Of a stretch of DNA of 42,624 nucleotides, positions 8,999-17,954 are shown in pieces (the first letter of the stretch is position 1; every line of letters begins with the position of its first letter). Origin of the DNA: Alphaproteobacteria bacterium (GTDB lineage Bacteria > Pseudomonadota > Alphaproteobacteria > Rs-D84). Made by a program: the position numbers and the translations under genes. The stretch spans positions 1 to 42,624 of the forward strand of contig JAFGMU010000020.1 of assembly GCA_016927395.1 (NCBI GenBank), read 5' to 3'. A model generated the notes under the pieces. The model was not told where the DNA came from. It made no database searches and was given only the letters and a program-made list of their open reading frames with translations.

Positions 8999-10027
8999 AT
9001 GATAGAAAAAAACTGGATGACTTTGATTAAGCCAAAAAAGCTGAATATCAAAATCGACGAAAATAACCCTAATATCGCTACACTGATTGCAGATCCACTT
9101 GAAAAAGGATTTGGTCGCACACTGGGCACTGCTTTGCGCCGTGTTTTGTTGTCTTCTTTGCAGGGATGCGCACCAATGTATGTAAAAATTGATGGTGTTC
9201 AACATGAATTTTCCAGCCTTGCTGGCGTTCGTGAAGATGTAACAGATATTATCTTGAATTTGAAGGGCGTTTATTTCAAAGCCCTGACCGAAGGTCAACA
9301 CAAAGCATACTTGAAAGTAAAAGGTCCAGCAGTTGTAACAGCTGCCATGATTGAAACCACTGGTAGCATTGAAGTTATGAACAAAGATGTAGAAATATGC
9401 AATTTGGACAAAGGTGCAAGTTTGGATATGGAAATAACATTGGGCACAGGTCGTGGATATGTTCCTTCTAATGCTCATGCAGAAAATCTGCCTTTGGGTG
9501 TTATTCCTATGGACTCTATCTTTTCACCAATTTTGAATGTTGCTTTTGATGTTTCTGAAACTCGTGTTGGTCAATCAACTGACTTTGATAAATTGGAAAT
9601 GGTTGTAAAAACAAACGGCAGTATAACACCAGAAGATGCAATTGCATTTGCTGCTCGGATTTTGACAGACCAATTGGTTGTGTTTATCAACTTTGAAGAT
9701 CCTGCACAAATCAACGCAGTAAAAGAAGAAGAAAAAGCAAAAGATGCTTTGCCATTTGATCCAAAATTATTGAAACATGTTGACGAATTGGAATTGTCTG
9801 TTCGTGCAAACAATTGTCTGAAAAACGATAAAATCAACTGGTTGGGCGAATTAGTTCAGAAAACCGAAGCTGATATGTTGAAAACACCAAACTTTGGCCG
9901 CAAATCTTTGAATGAAATCAAAGTTCAATTAGAAGCCATGGGATTGGGATTGGGTATGGATGTTCCAGGTTGGCCACCAGAAAATATTTCTGAGTTGTCC
10001 AAGAAATACGAAGACCCATACAAATAA
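8999..10027 (+). CDS. rpoA: RNA polymerase subunit alpha
   Basis: PLEKGFGRTLGTALRRVLLSSL, HEFSS, ELELSVRANNCL, NFGRKSLNEI. Confidence 0.98.
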   Translation: MIEKNWMTLIKPKKLNIKIDENNPNIATLIADPLEKGFGRTLGTALRRVLLSSLQGCAPMYVKIDGVQHEFSSLAGVREDVTDIILNLKGVYFKALTEGQHKAYLKVKGPAVVTAAMIETTGSIEVMNKDVEICNLDKGASLDMEITLGTGRGYVPSNAHAENLPLGVIPMDSIFSPILNVAFDVSETRVGQSTDFDKLEMVVKTNGSITPEDAIAFAARILTDQLVVFINFEDPAQINAVKEEEKAKDALPFDPKLLKHVDELELSVRANNCLKNDKINWLGELVQKTEADMLKTPNFGRKSLNEIKVQLEAMGLGLGMDVPGWPPENISELSKKYEDPYK

Positions 10028-10148
10028 TAAATAAACCGTGATAACCCAAAAAATGGGTTATCACAAAACTTCATAATTCTGATTTTTTCAGGTTATGAAA
10101 TTGTCTTATCCCGTTTATTACGGGCTGCAACGAAAAAGGAGTAACAGC

Positions 10149-10694
10149 ATGAGACATCAAAAACAAGGACGTAAGTTTAATCGTCACGCAAACGCTCGCA
10201 AGGCTTTGTTTGTTGGATTGGTAAAAAACTTGGTTGAAAGAGAACAGATTAAAACAACTTTGCCAAAAGCAAAAGATTTGCGCAGTGTTGTCGAAAAGCT
10301 GATTACCAAGGCAAAAGTTGATAATGTTGCAAATCGTCGTTTGGTTGCAAGCGAGCTGGATAATTCCAGTGCAACAACTGTAAAAAAATTATTTACAGTT
10401 TTGGGTCCACGTTATGCAAAACGCCCAGGTGGTTACACTCGCGTTATGAAAGCTGGTTTCCGTTATGGTGATGCTGCACCAATGGCAATTATCGAATTGG
10501 TTGAACGTGATGAAAACGCTAAAAAATCAACACCAGTAAAAACAGAAGAAACAAAATCTGAAAAAGCAGTGGCTGATAAAAAAGAAAAAACTGTAAAAAC
10601 ACCAGCAACAAAAGTTGCACGTGATACAGGTGCTGCAAAGGCTACAACAGCCAAGAAAGAAGTTTCTGTTAAACGTCGTGCAACAGGAAAATAA
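10149..10694 (+). CDS. rplQ: 50S ribosomal protein L17 with a Lys/Ala/Thr-rich C-terminal extension (start at ATG 10149)
   Basis: [35 protein letters not shown]; AAGGAG SD before 10149. Confidence 0.97.
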   Translation: MRHQKQGRKFNRHANARKALFVGLVKNLVEREQIKTTLPKAKDLRSVVEKLITKAKVDNVANRRLVASELDNSSATTVKKLFTVLGPRYAKRPGGYTRVMKAGFRYGDAAPMAIIELVERDENAKKSTPVKTEETKSEKAVADKKEKTVKTPATKVARDTGAAKATTAKKEVSVKRRATGK

Positions 10695-10723
10695 AATTAA
10701 AAATGCTTTTGCATAATTTAATT

Positions 10724-10760
10724 AAAATAAAAATCCGCATTATTGCGGATTTTTTATTTT
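10724..10760. terminator. Bidirectional intrinsic terminator
   Basis: AAAAATCCGCA-TTAT-TGCGGATTTTT between convergent genes. Confidence 0.85.
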
Positions 10761-10801
10761 ATTTATAAGCATTTTTTATATTTATTGTTTTTTAAGTAAA
10801 T

Positions 10802-11230
10802 TTATCTAATATTTGGTGAATTTTTTTCAATCAATATACGTCTGGCATCTACTTCTTTTTTATAATCTTTTAAAGATGCTTCGTTTAACCGTTCGGTAAT
10901 ATCATCAACAACCGTTGCAGCAAGATTATTCGGAAATAACATTAAAATTTCTTCTAATGTTTCTTTATCTTTGTATGCAATAATTGTTTTAGCCAGTCTT
11001 TCACCAAGAATTTTTCGCATATTTTCGAAGTTTTTTAACATAAAACTTGCACCAGGATTTGGAAAAGCTGTAAAAACAGTTTTTTCTGGAATTATTTGTT
11101 GTAAAACCCCATTGATTGTTATTGTTGGGAAATATACACATTCATCAGATTCAAAAAAGTTAGAAACTTTTGTAATTTCAACATAATATGTATTTTTAAG
11201 AATAATGTTCGGGTTTATGTCTTTTGGCAT
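10802..11230 (-). CDS. Hypothetical protein (orphan-like, cytoplasmic; start likely ATG 11230)
   Basis: Open frame with AAGGA SD and an upstream TTGACA; no recognisable motif. Confidence 0.65.
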   Translation of the reverse strand: MPKDINPNIILKNTYYVEITKVSNFFESDECVYFPTITINGVLQQIIPEKTVFTAFPNPGASFMLKNFENMRKILGERLAKTIIAYKDKETLEEILMLFPNNLAATVVDDITERLNEASLKDYKKEVDARRILIEKNSPNIR

Positions 11231-11403
11231 AAAAAATCCTTTTGTAGATAATATAACAAATATTGTATTTGTCAACAAATTATTATAATAATTTCATATT
11301 CAAAAATTATACGACATATTGACAAAATAGGGGAATTTTTATCAAACTGCTTTTATTATACATGTTTTTCTGGTAAAATTAAACAAATGTTGGAGATTTT
11401 ATA

Positions 11404-14154
11404 ATGAAAAAAATGGTCTTTTTTTCCATACTTACCTTTTGTTTAGTATTAAATGCACAGGCAGCTGTTCCTTCACAAAGAAGAAGTCAGACGGTTGTAT
11501 CATCTTCTGATACGGTTTCACAAACATCTGCACGTGCAGCCGCTATCAGAACTACTTCTGCTCGTTCTGCAACACCTTCTGTTTCAAACAGAACTACATC
11601 AGCCAGATCGGGTAGTGTACCAGTAACATCTCAAACTGTATCTGCACGTGCTGCAACAACACAAAAAGTGATAAATTCTGGAACAAAAATATCAGCAGCA
11701 AACAGAAATACAGTTGTTAACGAAGCATGTCAGCAAAAATATTTTGGCTGTATGGATTCTTTTTGCATGATTGAAAATACTAGTGGTGGTAGATGTTTAT
11801 GCAGTGATCGCAAAACCGAATTGGACAAGGTTTTGGCCCAAATTCAAAGCCTGGATGCACAAAGTTATAAAATGGCAACCGAAGGTGTTGAAAAAATAGA
11901 AATGGGTGCAAATGCTGATGCTGCTATCGCTGCTGCACAAAATTCTGAAAAAAGTATAACAGATGCTAATCAAAATACTCGTTCACGTACTTTGGACTTA
12001 AATTTATGGAATCAGACCGATGATAACAGCGAAGATATTTTTGCTGAAAAAGAAGTCAGCCCAATAGATGGAAAAACAGGTGATGATTTGTATAACTCGG
12101 TTAATCAAATCTGTATTTCGCAATTACCAGAATGCGCAAATGATATGTCTATGTTGCAGATGATGTATGCGCAAAATATAAAGTCAGATTGTGCTGCGTA
12201 TGAAAATGATTTAACAAAACAAAAAAATTCCAGTTCTACCAAATTGGCTGCTGCACAAAAAGCTTTGCGTGATGCGGCTTTGGATTCTTTGCGGACAGCG
12301 AATAAATATGACCTGGGACAATGTACAATAGAATTTAAAAAATGTATGGCAAATACTGCTGGTTGCAAAGATGATTTTACAGGTTGTGTTGGTATTGCTG
12401 CGGCTGAAAATGCAAAAAAATCCACCAGTTCAAAATCTTCTATGAAGATGGTTGATATCAAAGGATCAAGTACAAAAATTTCTGTTGCTGCATCGACTAT
12501 GGATGCGTTGGAATCAAAAAAGCCAATGTGCGACAATATTACAAATTCATGCGTTGCAGTCAAAGACCAGGTTTGGGATACATTCCTGCGCGAAGTTGCG
12601 CCAACTTTGAAAACAGCAGAATTATTGGCTGAATCTGATTTGCGTACAAATTGTATTTCAAATATTTCACAGTGCTTCCAAAAAGCGTGTAAAGATACAA
12701 TCGATCCAAATGATCCAGACGGTTCATATGATATGTGTTTATCACGTCCTGAAACTGTTCGTTCTTTGTGTAAAGTTCAAATTGATCCATGTGTATCAGC
12801 TGAACCTTTGATTATGGATTATGTTTATGCACGTTTATCTTCTATGCGCGTTGATTCATGTACAACCGAAGTAAAAGAATGTTTGCAAAGTGATGATAGA
12901 TGTGGATCTGATTATTCAAAATGTGTTGGTTTGGATACTGATACAATAATTCGTATGTGCCCATATGATAAATTAACAGGCTGTCAAAAAGTTTACAGCA
13001 GTACCAAAGTTGGCAATGATATTCGTGGTGAAGCAGTATATGAAGAATTATCCACAATGGTTCAAGGAATTATGTTAAATATAGATAATAGTTTCCAGTC
13101 TGTATGTCAAAAAGCATTAGATGAATCTATGATAAAAGTTTGTGGTAGTACAGATGATTGCAACGGGCTTACAGTGGATGATGGTCTGGGAAGTCGTTCA
13201 TTGGAATATAAAGTATGTCAGTACACAGGAAACATCAGCAATTTATCTATAAACTATAATTTGTGTCGTGCAGATGTATCACAAATAACAGATGGTGAAT
13301 TACGTTCAGATGTTCCATATGCTGGAATTTTGGATGGAAATATTTATTGGGAAAATATAGAAGTAAAAGACGATGGAACTTTGACAAATGTTGATGATTA
13401 TATAACTGCTTCTGATACAGAATTATCAGATACTGAAAAAAATAAAGTTGAAACAGAATTGTCAGCTTTGGAAAAAAATATTAATAGTGCAATAAAAACA
13501 GTTGAAGCCGACCCAACTGTTCAATATTGTATGACCGGACGTCAAGTTCAAGGTATGAATAATTTGAAAATTGGAAAGGAAGGGCAGGCACGTTTTCCAA
13601 AATTGACAGATCAAGTACGTTTAGTTATTGCAAATTCAGCTTTGAAAACAGTAAAAGCAAACTATTATAAAAAATATGATGAATTGTCCAAGAAAATTTT
13701 AGAAGATTACAAGGTAGTTGCTGATCGTGTCGATGCTTTGGAAAATCAGGACAAAAAAGATGCACATCGTGATGCAGCAAGAAAGGCATGTATAAGCATG
13801 GTTAATGTAAGTGTTATTTCTAATAATTCTTCGATTAATAATTCCAGAAGTTCACTAGAAAACACTCTTATAAGTTTGACAAACGGATGGGCAATGCCAT
13901 TCATGTCTGTAAACTCTACGAATGTAACATATGATGCTGATCAGATTTCAAAATTACAAATGGTAGGTTCAAAACAATACAGTTCTTTGAGAGAAAAACA
14001 AATGATAACATCTACATTTAATTGGGAAACATTGAATTGTCACAAATGCATACGTTCTCAAAGATGTACAAATGTTAAAAATCCATTATTTGGATCAAAA
14101 TATTGTAAGAGTTGGAGTGCCGAAACCGAGAGTTGTACAGATACACAATTCTAG
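11404..14154 (+). CDS. Large secreted Cys-rich protein, 916 aa; paralog of 39831-42581
   Basis: Signal peptide (..LNAQA/A), Ser/Thr/Arg-rich linker, CxxxYxxCMDxFC..RCxCS, repeated C..C..CxxD(F/Y)xxC modules. Confidence 0.9.
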   Translation: MKKMVFFSILTFCLVLNAQAAVPSQRRSQTVVSSSDTVSQTSARAAAIRTTSARSATPSVSNRTTSARSGSVPVTSQTVSARAATTQKVINSGTKISAANRNTVVNEACQQKYFGCMDSFCMIENTSGGRCLCSDRKTELDKVLAQIQSLDAQSYKMATEGVEKIEMGANADAAIAAAQNSEKSITDANQNTRSRTLDLNLWNQTDDNSEDIFAEKEVSPIDGKTGDDLYNSVNQICISQLPECANDMSMLQMMYAQNIKSDCAAYENDLTKQKNSSSTKLAAAQKALRDAALDSLRTANKYDLGQCTIEFKKCMANTAGCKDDFTGCVGIAAAENAKKSTSSKSSMKMVDIKGSSTKISVAASTMDALESKKPMCDNITNSCVAVKDQVWDTFLREVAPTLKTAELLAESDLRTNCISNISQCFQKACKDTIDPNDPDGSYDMCLSRPETVRSLCKVQIDPCVSAEPLIMDYVYARLSSMRVDSCTTEVKECLQSDDRCGSDYSKCVGLDTDTIIRMCPYDKLTGCQKVYSSTKVGNDIRGEAVYEELSTMVQGIMLNIDNSFQSVCQKALDESMIKVCGSTDDCNGLTVDDGLGSRSLEYKVCQYTGNISNLSINYNLCRADVSQITDGELRSDVPYAGILDGNIYWENIEVKDDGTLTNVDDYITASDTELSDTEKNKVETELSALEKNINSAIKTVEADPTVQYCMTGRQVQGMNNLKIGKEGQARFPKLTDQVRLVIANSALKTVKANYYKKYDELSKKILEDYKVVADRVDALENQDKKDAHRDAARKACISMVNVSVISNNSSINNSRSSLENTLISLTNGWAMPFMSVNSTNVTYDADQISKLQMVGSKQYSSLREKQMITSTFNWETLNCHKCIRSQRCTNVKNPLFGSKYCKSWSAETESCTDTQF
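11524..11660 (+). repeat. Intragenic low-complexity (T/V)SAR(A/S) peptide repeats
   Basis: TSARAA, TSARSA, TSARSG, VSARAA; DNA TCTGCACGTGC at 11527 and 11641. Confidence 0.7.
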
Positions 14155-14158
14155 AAAT

Positions 14159-14185
14159 AAAAACGCGTCAAATAGACGCGTTTTT
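14159..14185. terminator. Bidirectional intrinsic terminator
   Basis: AAAAACGCGTC-AAATA-GACGCGTTTTT. Confidence 0.85.
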
Positions 14186-14225
14186 AACTGAAGTTTTATT
14201 TTACAAAAAAATATAATAAAAATTA

Positions 14226-14245
14226 TTGTCTACTATAGTAGACAA
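14226..14245. repeat. 20-bp perfect palindrome, copy 1
   Basis: TTGTCTACTATAGTAGACAA (extends to 24 bp, 14224-14247). Confidence 0.95.
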
Positions 14246-14369
14246 TATAAACCGTATATATTTTAATCATTTTATTTTTTAGAATAATATTAAATTTTTT
14301 AATAAATTTCAAAATATAGTTTTTTTATTTTATACAATTACAAATAATTTATGATTTGTTATTATATAA

Positions 14370-15302
14370 TTAGATATCTGTCAGGTTATTAAATATTTTT
14401 ACTCCGCGCGATTCCCATTCTTCGATTCGGTTTTTCAAATCCATAATATTTTTTTCACCCAAATATATTGCAGGTAAAGCATTATGTTTTTCAGCCGCTT
14501 TTATTGCTTCGATAACAGGTGATATTTTTTGTTTACCAGATGCAAACCAACTTTCTTCATCTGCAATCCAAAAATCCGAATCAGTATGCTCGGCGATTGC
14601 CATGTTTTTTGCTATTACAATATTGCCGTCCATTACCGGTTCGTAATTTTTACCTTTCAGGTATTTTAATAATTCTGATTCGTGAAAGATATTTGTTTGT
14701 CCTGAAACATTATTATTAAATTCTGAAAAATTTATTTCTTTGAATACAGGAACAGAAGATTTATTTGTATCATCAAAGTTTTCCGTAGCCATAAAATCGA
14801 AACTGTCAGGTAACGGCAAACTAGGTTCTTGTGAATGTTGTAAATTCGGTTCGTCTTTTTTTATATTTATATCTTTTATATCAAAAGTCGATTCGGGTCT
14901 GAAATTTATTTTTTGTCGCACGCGTAAAAATGGGCCTTTTAATTCCGTTGGAATTCTGTCTGGCAGATCAACAATTTCTTCCTCTGGTTTTTTTTCTTCT
15001 TTCTCTTCTTTTTTTTCTACTTCTTTCTTCTTGAATAAATTTAATTCAAATAAAGGTTTCTTTGTTCTTATTATGATGGCAGTTGTCGCTAAGTACAAAG
15101 GCAGAGCAGAATACATTATCAAACCAAAAGTAAATCCAACAAATCCGTGTAACTTAGAATTTAATAATATTCGCCACTGATACAATGAAAATAAATCAAA
15201 ACCGAACAGAAAAATAAGAATGCAATAAAGTGCAGCTACGTAATAGATAGTCCAAATAACTGCAAGTTTGTTTGCTTTTAAGAATTCCAGAGTTTTTTTC
15301 AT
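14370..15302 (-). CDS. Hypothetical membrane protein, 310 aa
   Basis: Two N-terminal hydrophobic segments, a Glu/Lys-rich linker and a globular C-terminus. Confidence 0.85.
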   Translation of the reverse strand: MKKTLEFLKANKLAVIWTIYYVAALYCILIFLFGFDLFSLYQWRILLNSKLHGFVGFTFGLIMYSALPLYLATTAIIIRTKKPLFELNLFKKKEVEKKEEKEEKKPEEEIVDLPDRIPTELKGPFLRVRQKINFRPESTFDIKDINIKKDEPNLQHSQEPSLPLPDSFDFMATENFDDTNKSSVPVFKEINFSEFNNNVSGQTNIFHESELLKYLKGKNYEPVMDGNIVIAKNMAIAEHTDSDFWIADEESWFASGKQKISPVIEAIKAAEKHNALPAIYLGEKNIMDLKNRIEEWESRGVKIFNNLTDI

Positions 15303-15311
15303 TACAAATAA

Positions 15312-15340
15312 ATTCTAGACGAAATAAAAATATTTGTCAA
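15312..15340 (-). promoter_or_regulatory. Near-consensus sigma70 promoter giving a near-leaderless mRNA
   Basis: TTGACA-N17-TAGAAT, 9 nt before the ATG, no SD. Confidence 0.75.
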
Positions 15341-15470
15341 ATTTTTATAATAATCGTATATTTAATTAATTGAATTAAAACCATATTATTTATCACTTAA
15401 CTTTTTGTATAAAAGTCCTTTTTTTATACTGTGTTTAATGATATAATTAAAACGATTAAAGGGAGATATC

Positions 15471-17453
15471 ATGCGCAATTTATTCAAGTCTTTTGGGCTT
15501 TCACTAACAGGAATAGGGGTTGTGTTTATGTTCGGTGCTGCTTCTGCAGCCGATACTGGTCGTGCATCTTATAATGTTGCTTCGGCCAATCGCGCAACAT
15601 TTTCTGGTCAGCAACGTATGCCGACAATGTCGATTTTACCTACAAATGCAACTGGAAATGTTACAACAAATACAAATACTGCTAATGCGATTAAATGTCC
15701 AGATGGTGGTGTTCAGACATCTGATTATACAATCGAAAATTGTATGAACGATGTTTTGTCCTGTGTTAATAATGGTGCTTTGCCAGGTGGATTGAATGAT
15801 TTGTTTAATCAGGATTTACGTAATTCAATTCTTAATGGAATGAATTTGTGTTCAGTCCAGGTTGATAAATGTTTAAGTGATGTTCGTAAAAATTGCCAAA
15901 ACGTTTATCGTACAACATCTGATTTTTGGTTGGACTTTAACTCCCGTAAAATTCAACCGGAATATTATTCATTTGTTTTGCGCAAGACAGGTTTGACACC
16001 TAACCAGGCAGAAAACACTTGCTGGTTGTTGGATAAAAATGTTTACGGTTCTTCTTTTGACGCTGTTTCTAACACAGGTGCAGTTACATCTGAATATAAT
16101 AAACAAATTGGTGCTTATAACAGTCAGGGTGGGGGTTCTTTGATAAAAGACTCACCACAAGGTGTCAGAGTTAATACAAACGGCAGTGTTGATGGTCAAC
16201 GCGGTCATTATGCACGTTGGGATGCTGCAACTGGCGAATGCTTGGTTCGTGTTGCCGCATATAATAAAAATTCACAAATTAAAAACAGCTGGTTGTTTGG
16301 TGCCGCAGGAAATGATCAGCCAGCAGAAGTTTGGAAAAATGCTGGCAGCAGCTTTACCTGTGGTAAGGATATTTTTGGGTTTGGCTTGATGACAAACACA
16401 AAAACCACAGCCGTTGTTGGTGTTGGTGGTGGAACATTAGTTGGTGCCGGTGTTGGTGCATTGGCTGGTCATGGCGAACGCAGGTTTGATTGTGATAATG
16501 CAACAAGCAGAAAAGCATTGTCTGATGAACTGCGTGACAATAGAAATAGTTTAAATACATTAAATAAGTATTTGAATAATGAATTTGAAAGTTTTGCAAA
16601 TGATACAATGTCTGAAAGACAGTGTGAATCTATTGTTAAATTGTACAATAATTATGAAAAGTTAAAATCTTTAAACCCGTCCGAAAATGATACAACTATT
16701 GTTTTGACCAAGGAAAATTTTAAATCAGAAGGTAGCGACTTTAATTATGATATTTATTATGCCGATAACGAAAGCACAGGAAAACCGTTGACTGATGTTA
16801 TTAATTCTGAATTGAAAGATAACGAAAAAACGGATTTAAAAAATAATTTAAAAGTCACTAAAATACGTAAAGAAGCTATCAAATATACATCTTTAATAAA
16901 CCAGAATTATTATAATGGTGTTTATTGCGAAGGTGGAAATTCTGAAGAATGTGTATCTGGTGGGGAAATTAAAACACAGATAGGTGATTTGTCAAAAATA
17001 TTTAGTGGATTGGGATCATTAGATAATATTGAAAAATCCAATATGTTGGCATCAACAGCAATCGGTGCCGGTGCTGGTGCAGCAGCAGGTGGTTTGGCAA
17101 CAGCAATCACAGCATTTGTTGAAAAGAACAACATTAACTGCCGCGTTGGTGATGGTTTGCAAAAAGTTGATTACGGCAAGTCATACAGCATAGGCTCTCT
17201 GAAAGATTTCTATGTAAAATGGAATCTGCGCTTGCCTGATACAATTATGCCAACAGCAACAGCGACTGATTGTGCATCTTGGACAAAGGCCTGTGAAACA
17301 TTAAAAGATTTGAACCAGTGCACAATTGCTCAGGTTAACTATAAACCGGTGAATTCAATGAATACCACATTGGTTAATACAGCTTGCGCAGTATCGGGCA
17401 GCACTTGCACAGTTAACTATCCAGTTGCAGTGTCAAACAGTGCATGTCAATAA
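15471..17453 (+). CDS. Secreted Cys-rich protein with two glycine zippers, 660 aa
   Basis: Signal peptide (..GAASA/A), GGAG SD; VGVGGGTLVGAGVGALAG and IGAGAGAAAGGLATAI. Confidence 0.9.
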   Translation: MRNLFKSFGLSLTGIGVVFMFGAASAADTGRASYNVASANRATFSGQQRMPTMSILPTNATGNVTTNTNTANAIKCPDGGVQTSDYTIENCMNDVLSCVNNGALPGGLNDLFNQDLRNSILNGMNLCSVQVDKCLSDVRKNCQNVYRTTSDFWLDFNSRKIQPEYYSFVLRKTGLTPNQAENTCWLLDKNVYGSSFDAVSNTGAVTSEYNKQIGAYNSQGGGSLIKDSPQGVRVNTNGSVDGQRGHYARWDAATGECLVRVAAYNKNSQIKNSWLFGAAGNDQPAEVWKNAGSSFTCGKDIFGFGLMTNTKTTAVVGVGGGTLVGAGVGALAGHGERRFDCDNATSRKALSDELRDNRNSLNTLNKYLNNEFESFANDTMSERQCESIVKLYNNYEKLKSLNPSENDTTIVLTKENFKSEGSDFNYDIYYADNESTGKPLTDVINSELKDNEKTDLKNNLKVTKIRKEAIKYTSLINQNYYNGVYCEGGNSEECVSGGEIKTQIGDLSKIFSGLGSLDNIEKSNMLASTAIGAGAGAAAGGLATAITAFVEKNNINCRVGDGLQKVDYGKSYSIGSLKDFYVKWNLRLPDTIMPTATATDCASWTKACETLKDLNQCTIAQVNYKPVNSMNTTLVNTACAVSGSTCTVNYPVAVSNSACQ

Positions 17454-17465
17454 GGTTTTAAATCG

Positions 17466-17501
17466 AATATAAAAATCCGCCATTCGGCGGATTTTTATAT
17501 T
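17466..17501. terminator. Bidirectional intrinsic terminator
   Basis: AATATAAAAATCCGCC-ATTC-GGCGGATTTTTATATT. Confidence 0.88.
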
Positions 17502-17559
17502 GTTAATTATAAATATTTCATACAAAAAAATATAAATTACATAATATAAATGTAAAAAC

Positions 17560-17579
17560 TTGTCTACTATAGTAGACAA
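17560..17579. repeat. 20-bp perfect palindrome, copy 2
   Basis: TTGTCTACTATAGTAGACAA. Confidence 0.95.
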
Positions 17580-17662
17580 TATAAGTACGATATATTTATT
17601 ATATTTGTACATTTATCTATCAATCTATTGTTTTCTTTGTAAATAAAATAATAATGAATTCG

Positions 17663-17682
17663 TTGTCTACTATAGTAGACAA
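17663..17682. repeat. 20-bp perfect palindrome, copy 3
   Basis: TTGTCTACTATAGTAGACAA. Confidence 0.95.
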
Positions 17683-17954
17683 TAAAAAGGTAGATATTTT
17701 ATATTTTAATAAAAAGTTTTTTATTAAAATATATCAAATTTCCCAAAATGATAACGCACAGGATTTTGTTGTAGTTTTTGTGATTATTTGTATTAAGTAT
17801 ATTTTTACTCGGTCATCTAAGCTTTTTACAGAGGGTTATATTGGTGTTTTATATTAGCTTGGTATAAATTTTACATAGTGTGCCATAGTGTCATAATAAC
17901 AAATAAACTTTTACTTTGGTCAGAATAACACTATGAGTTATGTTCGTATTTTAA

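Noticed and set aside
481-10654. Numerous antisense and alternate-frame ORFs over the r-protein genes
   Set aside because: Shadow ORFs of strongly biased coding sequence, with no SD or recognisable motifs.
17560-17682. CRISPR mini-array or Cas12a-like repeat (the palindrome contains TCTAC-N4-GTAGA, like the Cas12a repeat stem)
   Set aside because: Only two adjacent copies with an 83-bp gap. The flanks are TTG/CAA rather than AATT/T, the element is a full palindrome, and there are no cas genes in the window.
17654-17857. 67-aa ORF as a real gene
   Set aside because: No SD, it runs through palindrome copy 3, and its composition is typical of AT-rich noise.
17921-17950. Possible dif site (TTATGTT core)
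   Set aside because: The XerD arm would read TTATGTTCGTA rather than TTATGTTAAAT, and there is no XerC-like arm.
17502-17954. Replication origin
   Set aside because: AT-rich, but I found no cluster of TTATCCACA-like DnaA boxes.
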